Positions 14,787 through 23,589 of a DNA stretch of 32,000 nt are shown piece after piece (positions within the stretch are counted from its first letter, which is position 1; each line of letters starts with the position of its first letter). Position numbers and translations under genes: made by a program. This DNA is from Kineococcus radiotolerans SRS30216 = ATCC BAA-149 (GTDB lineage Bacteria > Actinomycetota > Actinomycetes > Actinomycetales > Kineococcaceae), in assembly GCF_000017305.1 (NCBI RefSeq), contig NC_009664.2, forward strand, positions 2,190,001 to 2,222,000, read 5' to 3'. The notes beneath the pieces are model-generated. The model ran no database searches. It was given only the letters and a program-made list of their open reading frames with translations, and was not told the origin of the DNA.

Positions 14787-16007
14787 TCAGCGCGGGAGGC
14801 GGCCGGCGCTGCTCTCGCGCACCAGCAGCGAGGGCTGCACCACCACCCGGCGGTGGACGTGGTCGACGCCCTCGGCGACCTCGTCGGCGAGCAGCCGCAC
14901 GGCCGCCGCGCCCATCTCCTCGCCCTCCATCCGCACCGTCGTCAGCGGGACCGCCCCGCCCCAGGCGCGCGCGTCGTGGTCGCACCCCATGACCGCGATG
15001 TCCCCGGGCACCGACAGGCCCGCCCCCCGGAGGGCCTCGACGACGGAGGCCCCGAGCATGTCGGTGACCGCGATCAGGGCGTCCGGGCGCCGCCGCGCGG
15101 GCAGGGCCAGGACCTCCTCGACGACGTGGTCGCCGTCGTTCTCCCCGACACCCTCGGTGTCCAGCTCGACCAGGCTCACCCCCCGGCCCGCCTCGCGCAC
15201 CGCCCGCCGGACCCCGGCCTGCCGCTCGTGCACCGGCTGCAGGTCGTTCAGCTCGCTGACCCACGCCAGCCGGCGCCGCCCCAGCTCGACCATGTGCCGG
15301 GCGGCCAGGTACCCGACGCGCTCGTTGTCGACCAGCACCGTGCAGCAGTCCTGGCGGCCGTCGTCGTAGTTCACGACGACCAGCGGCGTCCCGTGCCGGC
15401 GGACCCGCTGGATCCCCGCGAACGGGTCGCTCAGCGGCGCCAGCACCACCCCCCGCACCCGGGCGCTCTCGAACAGGTCCAGGTGGGCGTCCTGCTGGGC
15501 GTCGTCGCGGTCGCTGTTGGTCACCAGCAGGCTCTCGCCGCGGGCCGCGGCCTCGCGCTGCGCGCCGCGGGCGATGTCCACGAACAACGTGTTCCCCAGG
15601 TCGACGACGACCAGGCCGATGGTCCGGTTCTCCCCGCCGGCCAGGGAGCGGGCGTTGGCGTTGGGGGTGAAACCCAGCTGCTCGATGGCCGCGCGGACCC
15701 GGGCGAGCGTCTCGGGGCGGACCTGCTCGGGGTGGTTGAGGGCGTTGGAGACGGTGCCCACCGACACCCCCGCCACGGCGGCGACCTCCACCACGCTGGG
15801 GTTGGTGCGCGCCGCCCGCACGGGCACCGCGCGGGAGAACCCGAGCTGCTCGATGGCGGCGCGGACCTTCTCGATCGTCTCCGCCCGCACCCGCTCGGGG
15901 TGGTTGACGACGTTGGACACCGTGCCCACCGAGACCCCGGCCAGCGCCGCCACCTCGACCATGCTCGGGGCACCGCCCCGGCCGCGCGCAGTCCTCGTCG
16001 ATCCCAC
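14787..16007 (-). CDS. LacI-family transcriptional regulator with two tandem N-terminal HTH_LacI heads
   Basis: Residues 14-69 and 70-125 are both LacI-type HTH units (VEVAA[LV]AGVSVGTVSN..NHPE.VR.ET...VRAAIEQLGF). These are followed by a periplasmic-binding-protein-like sugar-binding core (IGLVVVDLGNTLF..., IAVTDMLGASVVEALR...). The start is GTG 16007 or ATG 15962, and both keep both heads. Confidence 0.85.
   Translation of the reverse strand: MGSTRTARGRGGAPSMVEVAALAGVSVGTVSNVVNHPERVRAETIEKVRAAIEQLGFSRAVPVRAARTNPSVVEVAAVAGVSVGTVSNALNHPEQVRPETLARVRAAIEQLGFTPNANARSLAGGENRTIGLVVVDLGNTLFVDIARGAQREAAARGESLLVTNSDRDDAQQDAHLDLFESARVRGVVLAPLSDPFAGIQRVRRHGTPLVVVNYDDGRQDCCTVLVDNERVGYLAARHMVELGRRRLAWVSELNDLQPVHERQAGVRRAVREAGRGVSLVELDTEGVGENDGDHVVEEVLALPARRRPDALIAVTDMLGASVVEALRGAGLSVPGDIAVMGCDHDARAWGGAVPLTTVRMEGEEMGAAAVRLLADEVAEGVDHVHRRVVVQPSLLVRESSAGRLPR
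15633..15968 (-). repeat. Intragenic tandem duplication, 2 x 168 bp, encoding the two HTH heads
   Basis: Units 15801-15968 and 15633-15800 align without gaps. By my manual count 35 of the first 44 encoded residues are identical. Confidence 0.8.
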
Positions 16008-16037
16008 CGGGGGGATCCTAGGGGCGCGGTCCCGGGG

Positions 16038-16535
16038 TCACCGGGGCCCACCTCCCCCCGCCACGTGCTCCAGGAGGCGGTCCACGAACACGGCCTGCCC
16101 CTTCACCAGCCGGGACCGGGCCTGCTCCGGGGTGGACCAGGCGGCCCGGTCGACCTCGGGGAACTCCGCGGTCCGGCCCGAGCGCGGGGGCCACTCCATC
16201 GTGAACGTCCCGGGGTCGAGGTCGTCGGCGTCGAAGGCGGACCCGGCCGGCAGTTCCCCCGCCCACACGGTCACGACCTTCCCGCCGCCCTGGCGGGCCT
16301 CCCCCAGGGGGACGAGGTCCACCGGCGGCAAGGGACGCCCGAGCTCCTCGGCGAACTCGCGGGCGGCGGTGTCGAGGAGGTCCTCCCCCTCCTCGGGTTC
16401 GCCCTTGGGGATCGACCAGGCGTGCTCGTCCTTGCGCGCCCACAGCGGACCGCCCATGTGGGCGACGAGGAGTTCCACCCCGCCCGCCGCGTCGAACCGG
16501 TACAGCAGGATCCCCGCGCTCCGCCTGGTCGCCAC
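16038..16535 (-). CDS. NUDIX hydrolase
   Basis: The Nudix box GEPEEGEDLLDTAAREFAEELG is present. The start is taken as GTG 16535 (VATRRSAGILLYRF...). The longer track ORF is a GC-driven extension. Confidence 0.75.
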   Translation of the reverse strand: MATRRSAGILLYRFDAAGGVELLVAHMGGPLWARKDEHAWSIPKGEPEEGEDLLDTAAREFAEELGRPLPPVDLVPLGEARQGGGKVVTVWAGELPAGSAFDADDLDPGTFTMEWPPRSGRTAEFPEVDRAAWSTPEQARSRLVKGQAVFVDRLLEHVAGGGGPR

Positions 16536-16576
16536 GTCGGCCAGTGTGCCCGCGGGCGGGCACGGGTGCCCGGTGG

Positions 16577-17518
16577 TCAGCCGGGGGCGGGGACGAGCGC
16601 GGCGGGCGGGGCGATCCCGCACCGCCGCAGGGCCAGCACGGCGGCCCCGACCCGTCCCGCGCCCGACCCGAGCTGCGCGACCCGCACCTCCGGCGCCGCG
16701 CGCCACACCAGCTGCCGCGACAGCCGCTCGCGCAGCGGGACGAGCAGCGCGTCCCCGGCCGCGGTGAACCCCCCGCCGAGGACGACGAGCCGCGGGTCCA
16801 GCAGCATCGTCAGGGTCACCAGCCCGCTGCTGAGCGCGGCGACGGCGTCGGCCCACACCGCGTCGGCGGCGCCGTCGCGGCCCAGCCGGGCCACGACCTC
16901 CTCGGCCCGCAGCGCGGTGCCGGTGCGCGCGGCGTAGCGGCGCGCGACCCCGCCCCCGGAGGCGTACACCTCCAGGCACCCCCGCTGCCCGCACGGGCAG
17001 AGCTCGCCGTCGGGGACGACGGGGACGTGGCCGAACTCCCCGGCGGCCCCGGTGGCCCCCGTGACGGTGTGCCCGGAGGTGCGCACGGCGGCGGCGACCC
17101 CGGTGCCCAGGGGGACGAGGACGAAGTCGGCGACCCCGCGCGCGGCGCCGAAGAGCCGCTCGGCCAGACCCGCCGCGCGCACGTCGTGGCCGGTGGCGAC
17201 CGGCAGGCCGGAGGCGGCGGTGAGCAGGTCGCGCAGCGGCACGTCGCGCCAGCCCAGGTTCGAGGCGTAGCCGACGACGCCGGTGCGCTCGTCGACCGTC
17301 CCGGGGGTCACGACCCCCGCCCCGGCGACGTGCAGACCCTGCGCCTGCGCCCGGTCGGCGAGCTCGCGCAGGAAGCCGGCGATCGCGTCGACGGCCGCGG
17401 TGCCCGTCCCGGTGGGCCGGGTCGCGGGGGCGAGGGTGCGCCCGTCGGTGGTGAAGACCGCCCCCTTGAGGGAGGAGCCGCCGACGTCGACGGCGAGGAC
17501 CGCGTCCGCCGCGCTCAC
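16577..17518 (-). CDS. ROK-family sugar kinase
   Basis: N-terminal ATP-binding AVDVGGSSLKGAV and the ROK zinc motif GHVPVVPDGELCPCGQRGCLEVYAS. GTG 17518 overlaps the CutC stop (GTGA). Confidence 0.85.
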   Translation of the reverse strand: MSAADAVLAVDVGGSSLKGAVFTTDGRTLAPATRPTGTGTAAVDAIAGFLRELADRAQAQGLHVAGAGVVTPGTVDERTGVVGYASNLGWRDVPLRDLLTAASGLPVATGHDVRAAGLAERLFGAARGVADFVLVPLGTGVAAAVRTSGHTVTGATGAAGEFGHVPVVPDGELCPCGQRGCLEVYASGGGVARRYAARTGTALRAEEVVARLGRDGAADAVWADAVAALSSGLVTLTMLLDPRLVVLGGGFTAAGDALLVPLRERLSRQLVWRAAPEVRVAQLGSGAGRVGAAVLALRRCGIAPPAALVPAPG

Positions 17519-18264
17519 CGGCCGGCCAGCGCGGCGACCACGGCGCGCACGGGCCCGGGCGCGGTGGCCAGGCGCGGCGCGTCGTAGCGGACGGCGGTCG
17601 CGGAGGGCGCCGCCGCGGCGGGCACGGGTTCCTGGGCGCGCAGGTGGACGGCGGGGACCCCGGTGCGGGCGACGAGGGCGGCGACGTGGTCGGCGCGGAC
17701 CCCGCCGCCGGCCACGACCTCGAGGCGGCCGTCGGCGCGCGCGACGAGGTCGGCGAGGACGTCCGCCCCCTCGGCGGCGGTGGGGGCGCCGCCGGAGGTG
17801 AGCACCCGCGCCACGCCCGCGTCGACGAGGGTCTCCAGCGCCCGGGGCAGGTCGGGGAGGGTGTCGAAGGCCTTGTGGAACGTCACGGGCAGGTCCCCGG
17901 CGGCCGCCACGAGGCGGGCCAGGACGTCGGTGTCGACGTTCCCGTCCGGGCGCAGCGGGCCGACGACCACGCCGAGGCGCACCCCGGCGGGGGCGGGCAG
18001 GGCGCGGACCGCGGCGATGTCGGCGAGCTGGACGTCGACCTCGGCCGGGGAGTACGCGAAGTCCCCGGCGCGCGGGCGGACGAGGACGCTGACCTCCAGG
18101 CGCCGCACGCGCTGCAGGACCGCGGTCAGCAGCCCGGCGCTGGGCGTCGTCCCGCCCTCGGGCAGCGCGGCGCAGACCTCGACGCGCGCGGCGCCGCACT
18201 CCTCGGCGACGACCGCGCCCTCGACGTCGTCGAGGCAGATCTCGACGGCGGTCGGGGTGCTCAC
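17515..18264 (-). CDS. cutC: CutC-family protein (copper homeostasis protein CutC fold, PF03932-like)
   Basis: Collinear by eye with E. coli CutC: VEICLDD...AARVEVCAAL.EGG.TPS, VLVRPRAGDF.YS, VTFHKAFD, ARVLTSGG and VVAGGGVRA. GTG 18264 overlaps the upstream stop (GTGA). Confidence 0.8.
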   Translation of the reverse strand: MSTPTAVEICLDDVEGAVVAEECGAARVEVCAALPEGGTTPSAGLLTAVLQRVRRLEVSVLVRPRAGDFAYSPAEVDVQLADIAAVRALPAPAGVRLGVVVGPLRPDGNVDTDVLARLVAAAGDLPVTFHKAFDTLPDLPRALETLVDAGVARVLTSGGAPTAAEGADVLADLVARADGRLEVVAGGGVRADHVAALVARTGVPAVHLRAQEPVPAAAAPSATAVRYDAPRLATAPGPVRAVVAALAGR

Positions 18265-19235
18265 CGGGTGGCCGCCCACGCCCGCAGCGCGGCCCCGGGG
18301 GCGATCTCGCCGACGCGCTCGCCCCCGCCCAGGACGGGGACGACGCGCAGGTCCGCGACGCCGGAGACGTCCACGCCGAGACCGGCGAGGACCTCCAGGG
18401 CGATGAGGGTGGTGGCGCGGGGGTTGCCGTCGGCGACCTTCAGCGCCACCGACCGCCCCCCGGGACCGGCGACGCCGAGGACCCCTTCCGCCCCGCCCTT
18501 GGCCACGGCCCCGGGGACGTGGCGCATGAGCTCGGTGTTGGGGTGGCCGGGGCCGCCGACGAACTCCGGGTGGGCGCGCATCGCGGCCGCGACCCGGCCC
18601 GCCGGCTCGCCCGGGTCGGCGAGCCGCAGCGCGCGGAAGGCGGTGGCCAGACCGCGCACGGTGGTCCCGAACAGCGGGGCGCCGCACCCGTCGACGGCGA
18701 CGTGGCGGACGGGGGTCCCGGTGAGCCCCTCGGTGACGGCCCGCACCCGCTGCTGGAGCGGGTGGCCGGGGTCGAGGTAGTCGCCGGTGGACCAGCCGTT
18801 GACGCGGCAGGCCAGCAGCATCGCGGCGTGCTTGCCGGAGCAGTTCATCCGCACCCGGGCGGGCGGCTCACCGGAGCGGACCAGGGCGTCGCGGGTGGGT
18901 CCGTCCTGGGGCCGGTCCGCGGGGCAGCCCAGCGCGTCCTCGGTCAGCCCGGCCTCGGCCAGCACGGCGCGCACGACGTCGGCGTGGGCGTCGGTGCCGG
19001 TGTGGCTGCCGGCGGCGATCGCCAGCGCCGGGCCCTCCAGCGGCGCCCCGGCCAGCAGGCAGGCCGTCGCCTGCAGGGGTTTCGCCGTCGAGCGCGGCAG
19101 GACCGGGGCGTCGCCGTCGCCCAGCTCGGCCGCCACCCCGCCATCGGCGTCGAGGGCGAGCAGCGCGCCGCAGTGGCGGCTCTCGACGAACCCGGAACGG
19201 CGGACGACGGCGAGTTCGACGAAGGGTTCAGCCAC
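18261..19235 (-). CDS. Asparaginase_II-family protein (Rhizobium-type L-asparaginase, PF06089-like)
   Basis: RRSGFVESRHCG, PRSTAKPLQA, MNCSGKHAAML and VDGCGAP motifs are characteristic of this family. GTG start at 19235. Confidence 0.8.
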   Translation of the reverse strand: MAEPFVELAVVRRSGFVESRHCGALLALDADGGVAAELGDGDAPVLPRSTAKPLQATACLLAGAPLEGPALAIAAGSHTGTDAHADVVRAVLAEAGLTEDALGCPADRPQDGPTRDALVRSGEPPARVRMNCSGKHAAMLLACRVNGWSTGDYLDPGHPLQQRVRAVTEGLTGTPVRHVAVDGCGAPLFGTTVRGLATAFRALRLADPGEPAGRVAAAMRAHPEFVGGPGHPNTELMRHVPGAVAKGGAEGVLGVAGPGGRSVALKVADGNPRATTLIALEVLAGLGVDVSGVADLRVVPVLGGGERVGEIAPGAALRAWAATR

Positions 19236-19322
19236 GAGCGGGCCCCGTTCTCCCGGTGGACGTCGACCGTCGACGGCCCCGTCAGCGTAGGTGGGCGGCG
19301 CCCCGCCCGCCCGCGCACCCCG

Positions 19323-20441
19323 TCAGGCGGGCAGGTGGCGCAGCGGCGGCCCGTCGTACTCCGACAGCGGGCGGATCAGCGAGTTCGCGCCCCGCTGCTC
19401 CACGACGTGCGCGGTCCAGCCGACGACGCGGGCGGCGACGAACACCGGGGTGAACAGGTCGGTGTCCAGGCCCAGCAGGTGGTAGGCGGGGCCGGCGGGG
19501 TAGTCCAGGTTGGGCAGGATCTGCTTGGCCCGCGTCATCTCCGCCTCGAGGGCGTCGTAGAGCTCCAGGACGTCGGGGCGGCCGCGGTCGGTGGCGAGTT
19601 CGCGCAGCGCCGCGTGCATGGTCGGCACCCGGGAGTCGCCGTGGCGGTAGACGCGGTGGCCGAAACCCATGACCTTCCGGTGCCCGGCCAGGGCCGCGGC
19701 CAGCCACGCGCGGGCCCGCCCGGGCGAGCCCTCCCCCAGCCCGATCTCCTCGAACGCCTCCCACACGGCCTCGTTCGCCCCGCCGTGCAGCGGACCCTTG
19801 AGCGCGCCCACGGCCGCCGTCACCGCCGAGTGCAGGTCCGACAGCGTCGACGTCACGACCCGCGCCGCGAACGTCGAGGCGTTGAAGGAGTGCTCGGCGT
19901 AGAGGACCAGCGAGGTCTCGAAGGTCCGCACCGCGACGGCGTCGGGTTCGGCGCCGGTCACCATCCAGAGGAAGTTCGCGGCGTGGTCGAGGTCGTCGCG
20001 CGGGGGCGGCGCCTGCCCGCCGAGGCGGCGGCGCTGGGCGTGGGCCACGACCGCGGGCAGGGCCGCGAACAACCGTTCCGCCTTGGCCAGTTCCGCCTCG
20101 GGCGAGGCGTCCCCCGCCGCGGGGTCCAGGGCGCCGAGGACGCTGACCGCGGTGCGCACGACGTCCATCGGGTGCGCCGTCAGCGGGAGGTCGTCGATCG
20201 TGCGCCGCACCCGCTCGTCCAGCCGGCGGCCCTCCCGCTCGCGGGCCCGGAACCGCTCCAGCTCCGCCGCGGAGGGCAGTTCCCCGTCCCACAGCAACCG
20301 CGCGACCTGCTCGGAGGAGCAGCGGGTCGCCAGTTCCTGCACCGGGTAACCCCGGTACAGCAGCGAGTTCGTCTCCGGGTCGACCTTCGAGACGGCCGTG
20401 GTGTCGGCGACGACGCCGGCCAGGCCCTTGTGGACGGTCAC
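19323..20441 (-). CDS. prpC: 2-methylcitrate synthase (citrate synthase family)
   Basis: GLAGVVADTTAVSKVD, YRGYPVQEL, GPLHGGANE and MGFGHRVY are citrate-synthase motifs, and the gene is last in a prpD-prpB-prpC arrangement. GTG 20441 overlaps the prpB stop (GTGA). Confidence 0.85.
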   Translation of the reverse strand: MTVHKGLAGVVADTTAVSKVDPETNSLLYRGYPVQELATRCSSEQVARLLWDGELPSAAELERFRAREREGRRLDERVRRTIDDLPLTAHPMDVVRTAVSVLGALDPAAGDASPEAELAKAERLFAALPAVVAHAQRRRLGGQAPPPRDDLDHAANFLWMVTGAEPDAVAVRTFETSLVLYAEHSFNASTFAARVVTSTLSDLHSAVTAAVGALKGPLHGGANEAVWEAFEEIGLGEGSPGRARAWLAAALAGHRKVMGFGHRVYRHGDSRVPTMHAALRELATDRGRPDVLELYDALEAEMTRAKQILPNLDYPAGPAYHLLGLDTDLFTPVFVAARVVGWTAHVVEQRGANSLIRPLSEYDGPPLRHLPA

Positions 20442-21346
20442 GACCGGTTCCCCTCCAGGCTGAAGTCGAAGACGCCGGAGTCGAAGTCGCCGTAGCCGGC
20501 GTAGTCGACGAGGTCGTACAGCTCGGCCCGGGTCTGCATCCGCGGGACCTGCGCGGCGAGGGTCCCCGTCCCCGAGAGTTCCGCCAGGGCCCGGTCGGCG
20601 GCCCCCATCGCCAGCCGCAGCAGCGACACGGGGTGGATGACGATGCGGACCCCGGCGTCGCGCAGCTGGTCGTGGGTGAACAGGTCGCTGCGCCCGAACT
20701 CGGTCATGTTCGCGAGCACCGGCACGTCGAGGGCGGAGCAGATCGCCTCGAACTCGGCGAGGTCGGCCATGGCCTCGGCGAACACCGCGTCGGCGCCGGC
20801 GTCGACGAGGGCCTTCGCCCGGCGCACCGCGGCGTCGAGACCCTCGACCCCGCGCACGTCGGTGCGGGCCACGACGAGGAAGTCGGGGTCGCGGCGGGCG
20901 TCGACGGCGGCCTTCACCCGGCGCACCGCGGTCGCCTCGTCGACGACGGACTTGCCCTCCAGGTGCCCGCACCGCTTGGGGTTCACCTGGTCCTCGACGT
21001 GCAGGCCGGCGACCCCGGCGTCCTCCAGGGTCTGCACGGTGCGGGCGAGGTTGAGGGGTTCCCCGAAACCGGTGTCGGCGTCGACGAGGACGGGCAGGTC
21101 GGTGACCCGGGCGATCTGCGCGGAGCGGGCGGCGACCTCGGTGAGGGTGGTCAGCCCGATGTCGGGCAGCCCGAGGTCGGCCGACAGCACCGCCCCGGAG
21201 ACGTAGACCCCCTCGAACCCGTGCCGCTGCACGAGCTTCGCGGAGAGCGGGTTGAAGGCCCCGGGGAACCGCAGCAGCTCGCTGCCGCGCAGGGCCTCCC
21301 GCAGGGCGGTGCGCTTGGCGCTCGGCGTCGTCGACGAGTTCAGCAC
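20438..21346 (-). CDS. prpB: Methylisocitrate lyase
   Basis: FPGAFNPLSA, VLVDADTGFG and HVEDQVNPKRCGHLEGK (the KRCGH catalytic loop of the ICL/PEP mutase superfamily). The GTG at 21346 is preceded by GAGGAGA. Confidence 0.9.
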   Translation of the reverse strand: MLNSSTTPSAKRTALREALRGSELLRFPGAFNPLSAKLVQRHGFEGVYVSGAVLSADLGLPDIGLTTLTEVAARSAQIARVTDLPVLVDADTGFGEPLNLARTVQTLEDAGVAGLHVEDQVNPKRCGHLEGKSVVDEATAVRRVKAAVDARRDPDFLVVARTDVRGVEGLDAAVRRAKALVDAGADAVFAEAMADLAEFEAICSALDVPVLANMTEFGRSDLFTHDQLRDAGVRIVIHPVSLLRLAMGAADRALAELSGTGTLAAQVPRMQTRAELYDLVDYAGYGDFDSGVFDFSLEGNRS

Positions 21347-21356
21347 GTGCGTCTCC

Positions 21357-22874
21357 TCAGAACAGCCCGCGCGGCAGCGGAACGGTGGACAGCAGGTCGG
21401 GCGGGGCGACGATCCCGAGGTCGCGGACCTCGCCCGCGGACAGTTCCGGCAACCGGCGGGCGAGGGCCGTGAACCGCTCGACCTCCTCCGGCGCCAGGAC
21501 CCCCTCGGCCAGGACGGCGAGCTTGCGCTCGTACTGGGGCCGGGTGAAGGGGCGGGCGCCCAGCGGGTGGGCGTCGGCCACGGCGATCTCGTCGACGACG
21601 GTGGACCCGTCGGTCAGCGTCGCCACGACCCGCGCGCCGAACGCCTTCCGGGCCGGGTCGGTGGCGTGGTAGCGCTCGGTCCACTCCGGGTCCTCGACGG
21701 TGGACACCTTGCGCCACAGGGCGACGGTGTCCGGGCGGGCGGCGCGGGCCGGGACGTAGGAGTCGACGTGGTGCCACCCGCCGTCCTGCAGCGCCACGGC
21801 GAAGACGTACGGCACCGAGTGGTCGAGGGTCTCCCGGCTGGCCGCCGGGTCGTACTTCTGCGGGTCGTTCGCACCGGAGCCGATGACGACGTGGGTGTGG
21901 TGGGAGGTGTGCAGGACGATCGAGGCGACGTTCGCGGGGTCGCGCAGTTCCGGGTGCTCGCGGTGCAGGCGGCGGGCGAGGTCGATGACGGCCTGCGCCT
22001 GGTACTCCGCGGAGTGCTCCTTGGTGTAGGTGTCGAGGATCGCGCGACGCGGTTCGCCCGGTTCGGGCAGCGGGACCCGGTAGAGCGCGTCGGGGCCGTC
22101 GAGCAGCCACGCGACCACCCCGTCCTCGCCCTCGTAGATCGGCGCCGGGCTGGTCTGCCCGCGCACCGCGCGGTCCACGGCCTCGATCGCGACCTTCCCC
22201 GCGAAGGCCGGCGCGTACGCCTTCCACGTCGAGATCGCGCCCTTGCGCGACTGCCGGGTGGCGGTGGTGGTGTGCAGGGCCTGCCCGATCGCCTGGTGCA
22301 CCACCGCGGTGGGCAGCCGCAGCATCGCCCCCAGCCCTGCCGCGACCGAGGGCCCGAGGTGGGCGACGTGGTCGATCTTGTGCCGGTGCAGGGAGATCGC
22401 CCGGACCAGGTCGACCTGCACCTCGTAGGCGACGACGATCCCGCGCAGCAGCGACGCGCCGTCCACCCCGAGGTGCTGGGCGACGGCGACCAGCGCGGGG
22501 ACGTTGTCGCCGGGGTGGGAGTACTCCGCGGCCAGGAACGTGTCGTGGAAGTCGAGCTCGCGCACCGCGACCCCGTTCGCCCACGCCGCCCACTCCGGCG
22601 AGACGTCCTCGGTGGTCCCCGCGACGCGGGCCCCGGCGCCCCCGCGCGAGGGCGGGTGGGCCAGCGCCTGCGCGCGGGCCGCGACGACGGAGGCGCGCAG
22701 CAGCGACGCGGCGGACACCGCGGCGTTGTCCAGGACCCGGTTCACGACCATCCCGGCGACGTCGTCGTCGACGGGCACGTCGTCGGTGGCGACCCGGGCC
22801 AGCTGCCAGGCGAGCTCCTCCTCGCGGGGGAACTCCTCGTCGCTGCGGCGGACCCTGACCTCGTGCTCCCTCAC
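21357..22874 (-). CDS. prpD: 2-methylcitrate dehydratase (MmgE/PrpD family)
   Basis: 505 aa with [17 protein letters not shown] and [12 protein letters not shown], motifs typical of PrpD. GTG 22874 overlaps the gntR stop (GTGA). Confidence 0.9.
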   Translation of the reverse strand: MREHEVRVRRSDEEFPREEELAWQLARVATDDVPVDDDVAGMVVNRVLDNAAVSAASLLRASVVAARAQALAHPPSRGGAGARVAGTTEDVSPEWAAWANGVAVRELDFHDTFLAAEYSHPGDNVPALVAVAQHLGVDGASLLRGIVVAYEVQVDLVRAISLHRHKIDHVAHLGPSVAAGLGAMLRLPTAVVHQAIGQALHTTTATRQSRKGAISTWKAYAPAFAGKVAIEAVDRAVRGQTSPAPIYEGEDGVVAWLLDGPDALYRVPLPEPGEPRRAILDTYTKEHSAEYQAQAVIDLARRLHREHPELRDPANVASIVLHTSHHTHVVIGSGANDPQKYDPAASRETLDHSVPYVFAVALQDGGWHHVDSYVPARAARPDTVALWRKVSTVEDPEWTERYHATDPARKAFGARVVATLTDGSTVVDEIAVADAHPLGARPFTRPQYERKLAVLAEGVLAPEEVERFTALARRLPELSAGEVRDLGIVAPPDLLSTVPLPRGLF

Positions 22875-23548
22875 GCGCTGACCTCCTCGACGGCCGGTTC
22901 GTGGTCCAGGTGGGCCCGGAAGTGCGTCCGGCTGCGGTGCAGGTGGACGTGGACGGCGTGGGCGGCGAGGTCGGCGTCACCGGCCGCGACCGCCTCGGCG
23001 ATGAGCTGGTGCTCGGCGGCGGCCGCGCGCAGGCGCTGCGGGTCGTGGCGGGCGAGGCGGCGGATCCGCACCAGGTGGGTGCGGACGTCGGCGAGGGCCC
23101 GGGTCATCCAGGGGTTGGCGACCGCCTCGTCGAGGGCCTCGTCGAACTCCGCGGTCACGGCGTAGTAGGCCTCCAGCTCCCCGGCGTCGACGAGCCCCGG
23201 GGCGCGCCCGAAGCGGGCGGCGAACTCCTCGAACACCCTCGGCCGGCGCTGCGCCGCGGCCAGCCGCGCGGTCTTGACCTCCAGCGCCTCGCGCAGGTCG
23301 TAGAGGTGGTCCAGGCCGTCGAGGTCCAGCGGGGCGACCACGAGCCCGCGCCCGGGCAGCGGGCGGGCCAGGCCGTCGGCGACGAGGCGGGCGAACGCCT
23401 CGCGCACGGGGGTCCGCGACACCCCCAGCCGGGCGCTCTGCTCCAGCTCGGCCAGCGCCGCCCCGGGGGCGAGGACCCCGTCGAGGACGTCCCGGCGCAG
23501 CCGGGCGTAGGTCCGCTCCGTCGCCCCGCCCCGTCGCTGTGCATGCAC
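22871..23548 (-). CDS. GntR-family transcriptional regulator, FadR/FCD subtype, first gene of the prp operon
   Basis: N-terminal winged HTH ([29 protein letters not shown]) plus a helical FCD-like C-terminal domain. GTG start at 23548. Confidence 0.85.
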   Translation of the reverse strand: MHAQRRGGATERTYARLRRDVLDGVLAPGAALAELEQSARLGVSRTPVREAFARLVADGLARPLPGRGLVVAPLDLDGLDHLYDLREALEVKTARLAAAQRRPRVFEEFAARFGRAPGLVDAGELEAYYAVTAEFDEALDEAVANPWMTRALADVRTHLVRIRRLARHDPQRLRAAAAEHQLIAEAVAAGDADLAAHAVHVHLHRSRTHFRAHLDHEPAVEEVSA

Positions 23549-23552
23549 AGCG
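23535..23552. promoter_or_regulatory. Perfect 18-bp palindrome, candidate GntR operator O1, overlapping the gntR start codon
   Basis: CGCTGTGCATGCACAGCG is exactly self-complementary. The core TGT-N6-ACA fits the GT...AC architecture of GntR-family operators. Confidence 0.45.
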
Positions 23553-23554
23553 CC

Positions 23555-23583
23555 ACCCTGGACCCGCCCCCGAGGGCCGTCAA
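23555..23583 (-). promoter_or_regulatory. Candidate promoter of gntR-prpDBC (would give a leaderless mRNA)
   Basis: The minus strand reads TTGACG (23583-23578), a 17-nt spacer, CAGGGT (23560-23555), 6 nt, then GTG start. The -10 element is weak. Confidence 0.35.
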
Positions 23584-23589
23584 CCCCCT

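Noticed and set aside
13818-16937. 1039-aa ORF on the plus strand
   Set aside because: It is antisense to the SBP, LacI-family, NUDIX and ROK genes, all of which have clear motifs. Its composition is low-complexity and it crosses several real gene boundaries.
19256-19276. Tandem GTCGAC-C-GTCGAC palindrome upstream of the Asparaginase_II-like gene
   Set aside because: The arms are just two SalI-type hexamers, each self-palindromic. In a sequence this GC-rich that arrangement is easily produced by chance, and no matching second site or associated regulator is seen.
19292-19307. Terminator after prpC (GGGCGG-CGCC-CCGCCC)
   Set aside because: The stem is only 6 bp with a 4-nt loop in a GC-rich background and there is no U-tract. 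That is too weak to call, although some termination signal is expected here.
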